Positions 9,632 to 20,443 of a stretch of DNA of 64,000 nt are shown here, piece by piece; position 1 is the first letter of the stretch, and each line of letters begins with the position of its first letter. The DNA lies in the NCBI RefSeq assembly GCF_041146345.1, contig NW_027191413.1, forward strand, positions 806,001 to 870,000, in the 5' to 3' direction. A program made the translations under genes and the position numbers. This DNA is from Neodothiora populina. Lineage: Eukaryota. The notes under the pieces were generated by a model. That model was not told the origin of the DNA. It worked only from the letters and a program-made list of their open reading frames with translations, and searched no databases.

Positions 9632-12337
9632 TCAGTCTCGCCCTCCTGCTCCTTGGAGAGCCTCGCCAACCGATCTGCCCAGATCACCCATCATCTCATA
9701 TTCTGGAAATTTGCGTTGCAAAAGCACATGTAGACGAGTGGTCCACTTGTCCAGAACCGCGTCGTACAAGTATCGCGCTTCGAAAGCCGAACAGTAGGCT
9801 GAGGCTGGTGAGTTCCATGCTGGACTTTCTTGCGCAGACGCTGGGTTCGTGTTGAGCAGGACTGATGAGCGTGCGAGGGAGGTGATTGACGTAGGTGAGA
9901 GAAAGAGAAGGGATTGGACGTGGTGGTCTGCGGGTGTGGTTTCTAGGGGCAGGTAGGATGATTTGATTCGGTGGGGTTTGTTGGTGGCTTGTTGGTGGGT
10001 CGTGGCGGTCATGAAGGGGCGGAGTAGAGTTGGAGAGTGATTACTGTCGTCTTCTGCTGTTACTGATGTTGCCAACGTCCTGCGGTCGTTGGGTGCTGGG
10101 AAAGCGTTCTCGTATGTCTTTCTGCGTTTCGCTTGTCGAAGCGATGAAAGTGGATGTGGTGCATGTTGCTGTGTAGCAGCGTCATCCAGACTGAGCTTGC
10201 TGGCAGAAACAAAGTCGACGTTTCCTTTGCTGGCCAGTAGCACTCGTGGATCCATGTTCTCGTCCGGTTCATATAGCAGCTCTTCAGAGGGGTGTGAGGG
10301 GCTTGAACCAGCTGCGAGCCTTCGTGGACCGATGAAACTACGAATGTCCGAATTGTTAGGTGGCGGGGATAGGCCCAGAGGCTCCGAAGCACTGTTCCAT
10401 TTAGTACTGCCAGGATTTCCGTCCTGTGATCTAGTCTTGCGAGCAGATCTCGTCAATTCCGGAACAGGGAACCATGCGTCCCTCTCTGGATCGACACGAG
10501 CCTGCTTCTTGCGCTTATCATGTACTTGCTGGGCTTTTCTTATAGATGAATGTTTTTGCTGAGGAGCATCTGGGATTTGATCGAGAGATAGACCCTGACT
10601 CTCATGATCTTCTGACGCCTGATCGAGTATGACCATCTGCTGTGGCGACTCATGAGCCGAAGTGCTCACTATGTATCTTAAACTTCGATCAGGGGGACCA
10701 TCTTCTGGAACTCGGGCGGCGGATCTCGATATCTGGAATGGTTGTGGAACATCAGAGGCAATGTCCACGCGAAGACCTTGTCTGTTGCCACTGAAAGCGT
10801 GCAGAGCAGGTGATGAGGCTTCTGGTGTGGGTGGATGTCTGTGTATACTCGGAGAAAAACGCATAGAATCGCCTTCTACGAATAAGCCAGAGGAGTGATT
10901 GGTGTCGACAGCGTCTTTCGAAGGTGTCATGAGCTGCGCTTGCTGCTTATGGCCACCAAGTGACCTTCCAGTTCGTCCGTTGATCTTTGCCATGATCCAG
11001 GGATTAGAAGACGATGGGCCGGCGTCCGACGAATGCAAAGTCTCTTCATCATTATGGTCTATTTGTGCTTCTGACCCATCTGCAACGCTTGTGATGAAAG
11101 CCAGGTCGTCGGGATCCAGGTCGTACATGTTATCATTCCGTTCACGGTATAGTCTCTCCGGAGTTTCATCCTGAGTTGTATCCAGGTTTCGAACATTTCC
11201 AGCTAGCTTAGCCGCCAACTGCAATTCACAACCAACTTCTGCACTTTGCTGAATGGTGCTGGGTTCTTCGGGTTGTCTTCGAGGCTCTTCGGTAGTCGTC
11301 AGTATGGACTGGAAGAATTTTCTCACCACAGCAAGCACGATGTCAGGGTCTGCGAAAAGTACATCATCTTTGGACGGTTCAACATTCGGATCATAGCTTC
11401 CCTCGGGACAAGTAATGTTCATATAGATGAAAGGATCTTTTGCAACCTCTAGCTCTTGGCATGTTTCTTTGAGATGCTCCTTGAACGTCTTTACAATCTT
11501 TTTGAAAGTGCCTTTGTTGGAAGCAACAGGTCGGCAGTCAACCGAAAGGAAGGGTCCTACGTTGCTGATCTTGGATATATCGGCATCAACACGAGGCACA
11601 AAAGCCTGCACTTTGACGTGGTTGTGCTCATAGTCGAACCAAGCGCATTGTGAGGCGCATGGTCTTCCTACAATCTTCATTGCTATCTCGCTCATATGGG
11701 CGTCGGTCCTAGGGGCATAGGTCCAATTGTCTCGATCATGCTTAGCTTTCAGGACTCGTAGCGATTGTCTGACATTGGGCTTGGCAAAGGCATATGCTTG
11801 CATGATCAGTCTAATCTTAGCCAGGATGTTAGCAGCTCCTTTGATGGCTATTTGGCGCCGGACCGGATGCTTCTTTAGGAAGTTTGTGATCCGAACAGTA
11901 GTTCCGGTAGGATGAGAAGCAACCTCATATGAAGAAACCTCACCGTCCTCGCCGATTGTCATCATGGTGGCGGTTTCTTCTCCTGATACTCGAGTCACGA
12001 TCGACAGGCCACCACTCATCTCGGCAGCACTGTTCAATGCCTCGCCACGAAATCCAAGATACAAGCCACCTAATGTTGCAATACTGGTCTCATCGGTGAT
12101 CTTACTGGTGCAATATCTTCTTGCGACCATTGCGCGGTCATCAGGGGCGACACCATGGCCATTGTCGCGGACTTGTATCAGGTCGAGAGCATTCGCCGAT
12201 ATCTCTACGGATATAGAAGTTGCCCTCGCGTCAATGGCATTATCGATCAATTCCTTTACTACCGAGGCAGGATCGGTCAATGTTTGTGAAGATCCAATGA
12301 TCCTCACGGCGCTTTTTGGCAAAGGATGGATTGACAT
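9632..12337 (-). CDS. MutL-family mismatch repair protein (MLH2/vertebrate PMS1-like paralog)
   Basis: GHKL ATPase motifs VVKELIDNAIDA, DNGHG, TSKI, GFRGEAL and GTTV, then the transducer domain YDPNVEPSKDDVLF and a long disordered C-terminal half. Likely start MSIHPL at 12337. Confidence 0.9.
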   Translation of the reverse strand: MSIHPLPKSAVRIIGSSQTLTDPASVVKELIDNAIDARATSISVEISANALDLIQVRDNGHGVAPDDRAMVARRYCTSKITDETSIATLGGLYLGFRGEALNSAAEMSGGLSIVTRVSGEETATMMTIGEDGEVSSYEVASHPTGTTVRITNFLKKHPVRRQIAIKGAANILAKIRLIMQAYAFAKPNVRQSLRVLKAKHDRDNWTYAPRTDAHMSEIAMKIVGRPCASQCAWFDYEHNHVKVQAFVPRVDADISKISNVGPFLSVDCRPVASNKGTFKKIVKTFKEHLKETCQELEVAKDPFIYMNITCPEGSYDPNVEPSKDDVLFADPDIVLAVVRKFFQSILTTTEEPRRQPEEPSTIQQSAEVGCELQLAAKLAGNVRNLDTTQDETPERLYRERNDNMYDLDPDDLAFITSVADGSEAQIDHNDEETLHSSDAGPSSSNPWIMAKINGRTGRSLGGHKQQAQLMTPSKDAVDTNHSSGLFVEGDSMRFSPSIHRHPPTPEASSPALHAFSGNRQGLRVDIASDVPQPFQISRSAARVPEDGPPDRSLRYIVSTSAHESPQQMVILDQASEDHESQGLSLDQIPDAPQQKHSSIRKAQQVHDKRKKQARVDPERDAWFPVPELTRSARKTRSQDGNPGSTKWNSASEPLGLSPPPNNSDIRSFIGPRRLAAGSSPSHPSEELLYEPDENMDPRVLLASKGNVDFVSASKLSLDDAATQQHAPHPLSSLRQAKRRKTYENAFPAPNDRRTLATSVTAEDDSNHSPTLLRPFMTATTHQQATNKPHRIKSSYLPLETTPADHHVQSLLFLSPTSITSLARSSVLLNTNPASAQESPAWNSPASAYCSAFEARYLYDAVLDKWTTRLHVLLQRKFPEYEMMGDLGRSVGEALQGAGGRD

Positions 12338-12793
12338 GATTAGGGCATAGTGATGTCGCAGGGTGGACACCGACTCTCACTGGACATGTGTAGCATAAAA
12401 ATAGTCCAGAGGTGTGGAGGATCACTGGTGGAAGACGCGACTTGCAGTGGAGGAAAGACCCTGGAACGTCACTTACGACGCGAAAGTGAACGCGAGGCAC
12501 CTGATCGTGCTCAAAGCGTAGAGCCCTATCTTTGGCTCAATGTTCTTGTACATTGCAATTCTGCACACTCCACTTCATCCGTCCCGTGCGAGGTCATAGT
12601 TGTTTGTATCCACTTTATCATGGATGGCCTTATTGGTAAGTGTCGTTGTTTGATCATGGTCCTCAGTGCTAGCGCTATCAGAAATGGATGTTGGAACGCC
12701 ACGAATGGTCAGAAGCGGTATGCCATGTCGAGACAGCATCGGCTCTTCCACTCAAGTCGGTGTTGCGTACATGCACGGCGTAGGAATGGGCAA

Positions 12794-12846
12794 GGCTAGT
12801 AGTCCTGACCGGCTTGTCATGTCGCTGATGCTACTCAAAATATAAA
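12794..12846 (+). promoter_or_regulatory. Putative arabinanase promoter: GGCTAG (XlnR-type site) and TATAAA box
   Basis: GGCTAG at 12794-12799 and TATAAA at 12841-12846, about 70-120 nt upstream of ATG 12915. Short motifs that may be chance matches. Confidence 0.35.
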
Positions 12847-12914
12847 GACTTGACTGCGTCTACGTGGAGACACTCGCTTCTTGCATTATCGTTTCAGTAA
12901 ACTCAACTGCAACA

Positions 12915-14073
12915 ATGTCCTTCGGAACTGCACTTCCCGCCTGCCTCACTGTGTTTGCAGCATTATCTTCGTTCTTCCACTATGTTAGTGCTTACCCGAA
13001 CCCCGAGCCTTGTAATGGTAATTGCTCCGGCGTTCACGATCCGACTTTGATCAGGCGGACATCAGACGGGACATGGTTTCGACTATCCACCAATGGCAAC
13101 ATAGCTATCGCCTCTGCCCCTGACATCACTGGTCCATGGACGTATGATGGTGCTATGCTGCCTGACGGGAGCATTATTGATCTGCCTATAGACAACCCGG
13201 GGATTTGGGTATTGAGCAAGCAGAGCATTTGCTTTGATTCACATTTGGATCTAACAACGATATACAGGCTCCTGATGTTCATCTGATCGAAGAGACTTAC
13301 TTTGCCTACTATAGCGTTTCTACATCTGGGAGTCAAACTTCGGACATTGGTGTCGCCACTTCTGGCAATCTCGAAGTGGATTCCTGGACAGACCATGGGA
13401 GCATCGGCATAGCAAACAACAGCGTCTACAACAGGATCGACCCGAACTGGTTTCAGGAGAGCGACAGCAGTCCAGTATACTTTGCATTCGGTTCGTCCTG
13501 GAGCGGCACCTTCGAAACAGAGCTTGATCCCTCGTCACCTTTAGAGGTGTCGCCAAACGCAGCAGGGCCCGAGAACCTCGTCTACAACAGCACAATACCT
13601 CCTGGAAAGGTCGAACCTGCCATTGTCGAGGGTGGATATCTTTTCTGGCGGGTAGTGGACGGTGTTAAATATTACTTCATGTTCTTCTCGTCTGGTAAAT
13701 GTTGCAATCCGGCGAATGACTTGGCTGCAGCCGGCGACGAGTACAAGATCATGGTCTGCCGCTCGGACAGCCCTGCTGGACCATTCGTTGATCAAGACGG
13801 CAAGGACTGCTTGACCGAGAACGGGGGAACTCTGGTCTTGGGAAGTCATGGCGAGGTGTATGCACCAGGTGGTCAAGGGGTGTACAACCACGCCAGCCTC
13901 AGACGTCCGGTTCTGTATTATCATTATGGTTTGTATCCCCTGGAGAGATGTGATGATCGATGTGCTGATTGCCATACACAGTCAACACGAGCATTGGCTA
14001 CGACTTTGAGCAGTTTCAGTTTGGGTTTAATCATCTGGACTTTTCGAGTACCTGGCCTGTTGTGGTAGTCTGA
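12915..14073 (+). CDS. Secreted GH43 endo-1,5-alpha-L-arabinanase (AbnA type), 3 exons
   Basis: Signal peptide then YPNPEPCNGNC..VHDP, W|APDV across intron 13209-13267, IDPNWF, EGGY, FFSSGKCC and PGGQGV. Intron 13929-13981 gives a final exon ending FGFNHLDFSSTWPVVVV*. Confidence 0.93.
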
Positions 14074-14608
14074 TGTCTGATGCATGAAATGTCCTTGGTA
14101 TGCGTACACATGGTTCATGAAACATGAACGTCAACAGAAATCACCTCCAACCTCTTACTCGAGATATCGAAGGAACACAGAAAAGTGGGTGTGTTCCAGA
14201 CATGACACTTGTAGATAGAATACTATATGTCCTGAAACTGGTGGATGCATTTACTTTGCTGCAACAGGAAGTGGCTTCCCTCGGCCATCGTGTTTTGTTC
14301 CTCCGAGCGTCTGCAATGCGATAGAATCGATCTACCTGTTGTTCATCTACAAAGGATAATGCATCCTTGACCTTGTCCAGTACGAGGTGGCGTACGAGTA
14401 AGGTACAGGAATAATGATTGCGTGCTCAGTCGGCGACATCGGCCAAGGATTTGACCCCGGAGGCTGACAAACAGACAGAAACAGCCGAGATCAGTCATCA
14501 TCACGAGCTGATCAATGCATCATATTTATTATTTCTCGTCTGCTCATCTCACATAGCTGCACACACTAGCGACTGCACGAATCGTGAGTGTGGTGTACTA
14601 CCACAACA

Positions 14609-16237
14609 ATGTCTGGACCACGCACTGTGCTGCACTCGGCGCGGCAGCTCTCGAATGGATTGGTCAGACGAACCAACATACGCAAGCGATTCGTCCCTCT
14701 GCCCACAGCGACGACTACTCGCTCCTTTACATCTCGCGGCAGTCTGCAGTCTCAGGCAACATCAGCCCAGGAAGCCATCGTCGACGCCGAACGCCCTGCG
14801 CAACCCCACAGCGTGAACCAGCCCCTCTCATTTCCCTGCCTGGACGCCATAGACACCAAGACCCAGAGACTACAGAAGAAGTCTCTGTCCGGACCAGAAC
14901 CATCGTACGCAGCAGGCGAGACCGAACGCTACCACTGTCCTGACCCCATCCTGCTGGACTGGGGCGGTGTCCTCCCCGAGTTCGACGTGGCCTACGAGAC
15001 ATGGGGCACGTTGAACGCAGACAAATCCAACGCCATCCTCTTGCACACGGGACTGAGCGCCAGCAGTCACGCAAAGAGCACAGAGAAAAACCCCAAGCCG
15101 GGTTGGTGGGAGAAGTTCATCGGTCCGGGAGCACCATTGGACACGAACAGGTACTTCATCGTCTGCACCAATGTCATAGGAGGCTGCTACGGCTCGACGG
15201 GCCCCAGTTCGTTTGATCCGCAGAGCGAGAGATACGCCACTCGATTCCCCATCTTGACCATGCAGGACATGGTCCGCGCGCAATTCCGACTGCTGGATTG
15301 GATGGGCATCAACAAGCTCTACGCCAGCGTCGGAAGCAGCATGGGGGGGATGCAGTCCCTCGCAGCCGCCGTGCTCGAGCGAGAAAGAGTGGGCAAAGTC
15401 GTCAGCGTGAGCGGTTGCGCCAGGAGTCATCCCTACAGCATCGCCATGCGACACACGCAGCGCCAAGTCCTCATGAACGACCCAGCCTGGTCCTCGACGC
15501 GCGGAAACTACTACAACTCGATCCCACCGCACGCAGGCATGAAGCTGTCCCGAGAGATCGCCACCGTGACCTACCGCAGCGGACCCGAATGGGAGCAGCG
15601 CTTCGGACGCCGACGAGCCGACCCGAGCAAACCACCCGCTCTGTGCCCGGACTTCCTCATCGAGACCTACCTCGACCACGCCGGCGAGAAATGGTGTCTC
15701 GAATACGACGCCAACAGTTTGCTGTATGTCAGCAAAGCAATGGACCTCTTCGACCTCGGCGAAGAGCACATGACGATGCTGGACAAGGTGCGCGCAGACA
15801 ACGCATGGAAGCTCGACGGCTTCAACGTCGCCAAAGCCGCCGCGAGGGGTGAAGACGAAAAAGCCAGCCTGTGCAATCTGACGCTGCCGGACACGCCCTA
15901 TGAAGAGCAAGAGACGACTTCAGCGGACCTCATGGCGTCGTCTCCCGAGCAAGCGAGAGAAACACAAAATGCTATCGTCGTCGCCGAGGAACCGCCCGAG
16001 GATCTCGTCAAGGGGCTTGGTGCGCTCAGAGACACGCCTACCCTCGTCATGGGCGTCGCGAGCGATATTCTGTTTCCTGCGTGGCAGCAGAGAGAGATTG
16101 CGGCTGCCTTGAGGAAGGTTGGCAACAGACGTGTCACGCACGTCGAGTTGGGCGAGGACAGGAGTCTGTTCGGTCATGATACCTTTTTGCTTGATCTCGA
16201 GGGTGTCGGGGGTGAGATTAGGAGATTTTTGGGTTGA
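14609..16237 (+). CDS. cys2: MetX-family serine O-acyl(succinyl/acetyl)transferase, Cys2/CysA type, probably mitochondrial
   Basis: [29 protein letters not shown] nucleophile elbow, SDILFP and GHDTFL catalytic residues. The Arg/Ser/Thr-rich N-terminus resembles a mitochondrial presequence. Confidence 0.85.
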   Translation: MSGPRTVLHSARQLSNGLVRRTNIRKRFVPLPTATTTRSFTSRGSLQSQATSAQEAIVDAERPAQPHSVNQPLSFPCLDAIDTKTQRLQKKSLSGPEPSYAAGETERYHCPDPILLDWGGVLPEFDVAYETWGTLNADKSNAILLHTGLSASSHAKSTEKNPKPGWWEKFIGPGAPLDTNRYFIVCTNVIGGCYGSTGPSSFDPQSERYATRFPILTMQDMVRAQFRLLDWMGINKLYASVGSSMGGMQSLAAAVLERERVGKVVSVSGCARSHPYSIAMRHTQRQVLMNDPAWSSTRGNYYNSIPPHAGMKLSREIATVTYRSGPEWEQRFGRRRADPSKPPALCPDFLIETYLDHAGEKWCLEYDANSLLYVSKAMDLFDLGEEHMTMLDKVRADNAWKLDGFNVAKAAARGEDEKASLCNLTLPDTPYEEQETTSADLMASSPEQARETQNAIVVAEEPPEDLVKGLGALRDTPTLVMGVASDILFPAWQQREIAAALRKVGNRRVTHVELGEDRSLFGHDTFLLDLEGVGGEIRRFLG

Positions 16238-16669
16238 GAGATCTTGTGATGATAGAGACAGTGCCACTGCATTGTGAACCGTAAGGAAATGGACCGAGTG
16301 GAGAAATAAACGATGACATGTATGACGGACCGGACAAAGAGAAGACGGCAGCCTGTGTAACTTCACTCTGCACCGAGCAAATACAAAAGTAATCCATGAT
16401 TGGAAGTGTGTTTTGAACGTTTTGTAGTGTTGTGTATTTACATATTCCTGTGAGGGTTTCTTTTTTTTTTTTCCTTTCTGGGTATCATTCATCTGTATTC
16501 TTCTCTCTTCTCTCTTCCTTCCTTTCAGAGCACGCCCGCAACAGCTCCAGCGTAGCGTCTTGTCACGGCGTCACCCCCGCCCGTCTGCCCCTTCCTCTTG
16601 ACCACTACAGGCTGCACTACTTCAGAACATTGGATCATCCGAGTCCCTGACCGGCCTCTGATTCTCATT

Positions 16670-18115
16670 TCAAATATCTTCAAACTCGAGCTCGTCCTCG
16701 TCGGACTCTCCGTGTTTGGAATCTTCTTGCGCGGTTGCTTCTTCGGATGTATTCGCAGCAGCAGCTGATGAGGCGGCGGCAGTGGTAGAGCTTGTTCCTT
16801 TGGCCGCTGTTGTACTTGTTGCGTTCGTTTTGGTCTTTTTCGCCGCGGGACCTTCGTCATCGGTCGCGGTGCTCGATACTTGGCCGCTGGTGTTCGGCGT
16901 CGAGGCGTTGATGCCGCTGGAGGATAGAGAGTTCGCAGCCGCGGATGCAGATGGATTGGCTGTAGCAGAAGAAGACGGGTTCCCGACATCGACGTCCTCG
17001 AAGTCATCTTCTTCGTCATCATCGTCATCCTCGTCTTCTTCGTCTTCGACTTGCTCGCGCGCTTCTCTCTCCTGTTCTGCCTTGAGCGCCGCCCAGTAGG
17101 AATCCATGACGCCGTCGTCGTCGGTCCGGATCTTCTTGTCTTCGCTGCTGTCGTTGTCGAGGCGCAGACCCATGTTGTGCGCGTCTCTGCTCGCGCGCTC
17201 GGCCGCTTCCTTCGCGCCGACCGAGGTGATGTCGCCGCTGATGGTGGATTTCGAGATCCACTCGGGCAGCATGTTTTGTTTTGCCTCGTCGGCACGTTTG
17301 CGCGCCAGCTCGTCCGGGTCCATTTTGACTTCTTCGCCGTCTTCCATGACGGAGACGCTGACTTTCTCGGGCGCCAGAGCCAGGCCTTTGGAGCTTGCCA
17401 GTGACGGCTTGACTTCGTCGACGATCTGCATCTTGCGCGCTTGATTGTACTCGCCTCTGACGACGGGGAGGGCATGCGACAAAGCGGTGTCGAAGTCGTT
17501 TTCGGGCACGTCGGTGCTGTCGATTTGGCGCATTATGTCGACGATGCGCGAGAGTTGGTCGTTGAGACGCTTCATGCTTTCGTTTTCTCCCGCGTCGTCC
17601 TCGGCTGCTGGGTCCAGCGGGTGCTGGCACATATGACACAGAAACTCGCCCATGGCGCTGATGTTATCCATGACTTCGAGCTCGGTGTAGGAGCTCTTGC
17701 AGCGCGGACACACGAGGTCTTTCTTCTCTGTCGTCGGCGCCCCGAGAGACTCGATGTGGCGCGATAGCTTATACATGCGGTACTTGAGACTGTCGATGGC
17801 GCGGTGGTAGTTGAGATAGTACCAGTCGCGGTAGAAGAGTCGCTCCTTGAATTGCGGCGCCTGGCCATCTTTGCCTGGGATCGTCGCCGGTGGCGCTCCT
17901 TCCTTTTTTTCGCCCCGCGATTGCACAGAGATCAATCCGTCTTCTTTCAGTCTTCCGCAGAGTCGTCGTAGTCCTTTCACTTGCATGCCCAGCACATGGG
18001 CCAGGTCGATGTCCGTCAGCGTGCTGTGGATGGCTAATGCGTCGATGATCAGGACATGTTCTGTGCTGTAGAATGCTCGCGCTGTTATGCGGACCAGACT
18101 TTTGGCGAGATCCAT
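16670..18115 (-). CDS. TFA1: Transcription initiation factor TFIIE alpha subunit
   Basis: LVRITARAFY winged-helix start, zinc ribbon CPRC...CHMC, QNMLPEW and an acidic C-terminus ending ELEFEDI. Confidence 0.92.
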   Translation of the reverse strand: MDLAKSLVRITARAFYSTEHVLIIDALAIHSTLTDIDLAHVLGMQVKGLRRLCGRLKEDGLISVQSRGEKKEGAPPATIPGKDGQAPQFKERLFYRDWYYLNYHRAIDSLKYRMYKLSRHIESLGAPTTEKKDLVCPRCKSSYTELEVMDNISAMGEFLCHMCQHPLDPAAEDDAGENESMKRLNDQLSRIVDIMRQIDSTDVPENDFDTALSHALPVVRGEYNQARKMQIVDEVKPSLASSKGLALAPEKVSVSVMEDGEEVKMDPDELARKRADEAKQNMLPEWISKSTISGDITSVGAKEAAERASRDAHNMGLRLDNDSSEDKKIRTDDDGVMDSYWAALKAEQEREAREQVEDEEDEDDDDDEEDDFEDVDVGNPSSSATANPSASAAANSLSSSGINASTPNTSGQVSSTATDDEGPAAKKTKTNATSTTAAKGTSSTTAAASSAAAANTSEEATAQEDSKHGESDEDELEFEDI

Positions 18116-18971
18116 GTTCTGCTTTTTTTGGTTTCCCTGTCAAGGCGGACAGACGGCAAGCTCAGAGGAAGAGGCGAGTCGACATTGATTGTTGTTTGAT
18201 GTTGCCCGTCACCAGTATTATTATTGTCCGATATACCCAGATACCGGACCCCAAATTGTAGAAGATGAGTGCAGTGTCTAGGAGGGAGCTCAAGCTGGTC
18301 AGGCTAGATCGATTGAATCAATGTATTGTCTTATTATGTCGATGGACTACAATCATGGTATACTCATAATAATAATAATTACATGTGATGCTTCTCCTTC
18401 ATCCTTTCACTTCGCCGTCGCTTCGTCATGCGGAGAACGCCCGCTAATCCGCTTTGAGACAGTCCCCCTCCTCGGACAAGCCGTCCTGTTTTGGACTAGA
18501 CATCGCTTCACTCCGACTCATCCATCCCGCCCGATCGTCCCCCGGATCAACTCAATCTCAGATATGAGTCATCTCACTGTCGCAGAGGCCTTCTCTTACC
18601 TGCCTCTCTTCGTCTAGTACAGCTACCGCTCGGATCATATCACAAGCAGACTGTTGATTTCACTGAGTGATGGAGGAGTCACACCCTCTATCGACTGCTT
18701 ACGTGCATCAGAAGTGACTCATGTGTAATCTCGTCCGCTGCATCGGCTCCGTTCTGGTCTTTCGTCTCCAATCGATGCAGTAGTGCACCAACTACAGTGA
18801 TCCGTCGTGGTCGTCAACTTTCACATACGTAATATACCTCCTGTAGAGAAACATAAAGGGTAGGCGCTCGAAGGTAAGGTATTCTCATAGCATCACTTTC
18901 ATTTGCACCCTTGCACATTTACGACTCCATTCTCTGAGAAGCTTTGTTCAAATCTCTGTATCCTTTTTCTT

Positions 18972-20127
18972 ATGATGACTGCTACTCAGAGCCCAAGTGC
19001 CGGAAGCAGCGTCACAGCTCCCACCGAGCCATTGTCTGCAGTCTTCTCATGTAATCTGTGCTCCTTGACCTTTCAAACCACCGAGCAGCAGCGTGCTCAC
19101 ATGAAAGAGCCATGGCAGTGAGTTTCTTTTCTCTTCATTCAGCTCTGTGAATCATGAATCTCATCGCTCCAGTGTCTATAACATGAAACGCCGTGTGGCG
19201 GCTCTGCCGCCCATCTCACTTGATATCTTCGAGCGCCTGGTCGATGCACTAGCGCACGAAGAAGTGCCCGACGAAGAAGTCGACCAGAGCAGTGATGAGT
19301 CGTCGTCGTCCTCCTCCTCCGACGAGTTCACTTCAGAACAACCATCTCTCGAAGCCTTCCCAACGACAAAATGCATCTTCTGCGACACCGAGTCTCCAAC
19401 AACCGAACAAAGCACATTGCACATGACGCAATCCCACGGCTTCCACATCCCCAACGCCTCCCAACTAACCGACCTCGAGACCTTCCTGGGGTACATTGCC
19501 GCCGTCGTCCTGCAATACAACGACTGTCTCTACTGCGGCCAACACAAGCATTCAGTGCAGGGAATCAGACAGCACATGCTGGCAAAAGGACATTGTCGAC
19601 TGAACCTAGACGACGACGCAGAGCTCCTAGACTTCTGGGAACCATCGAGCGAGGAGTCGTCATCATTAGAAGCCGCAGAAGCCGTGCACTGCGCGACAGA
19701 AATGCAGCTCGCCTCGGGCACAACCATATCCTCACGCCTCAACTCCGCCGACAAATCCCCGATCCCAAACCGCCACGCCGCACGCCAGCGCTCTTCGCTA
19801 CGCCGAGCACGAGCTCTCGCAGCGACCGCGGGCATAGAGCAAGCGCTCGCCGTCAGAAGCTCGCATGACCAGACCCACATCGACACTCAAGACCCCGAGG
19901 CACAACGCGCGCCGCCGTCTCAGCAAAGTCTTCGACTCGGCGCGCGCCGCAGCGAAATGGGACTGACGGGCCTCTCGACGCAGCAGAGGCGCGCGCTGGT
20001 GGCCGTGGAGAAGAAGATGCTGAAGTGCGAGATGAGCGCCAGAGCGCATCAGCGGTGGACTGTCGAGAGGGTGGCGAATCGGCAGAAGTGGTTCAAGCCG
20101 GATGTGCCGGGGCGCTCGAATGGGTGA
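18972..20127 (+). CDS. C2H2 zinc-finger protein of the Rei1/Reh1/ZNF622 (TRI15-like) family, 2 exons
   Basis: CNLC...HMKEPW|HVYNMKRRVAALPPI across intron 19118-19172, plus CIFC...HMTQSHGFHIP and CLYC...HMLAKGHC fingers. Confidence 0.85.
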
Positions 20128-20443
20128 TTTTTTTCTCCTTTTTCGTTCTTTTGTTCTTTTGGAGGATTGGATGTTTTTCCTTTTCACGAATGGACGGGGT
20201 GTGACACATCAGCATGATGTTCACTTGTACAGAAAAGGTGTGATGCTTGACGTTTCTGGTGATTGTGTGGAACTTGCCAAGTAAAGTACGTACGTATGTA
20301 CAACCAGAAGGGTATAAACAACAGAATAATCCGCCGAACTTTTCTAATTCTCATCCGTCCATTCATCATCCGCGACTACACAGGACAGAGCAGAACAAAC
20401 AATCAATCTCCCACCATCGTAACATCGCCACTCGCGAACCCGC

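Noticed and set aside
14870..15910. 346-aa antisense ORF over the Cys2-like gene (similar shadows at 6529-7305, 20558-21241 and 50305-51087)
   Set aside because: These mirror well-supported genes with strong C/G third-position bias, which depletes antisense stop codons; no recognisable domains.
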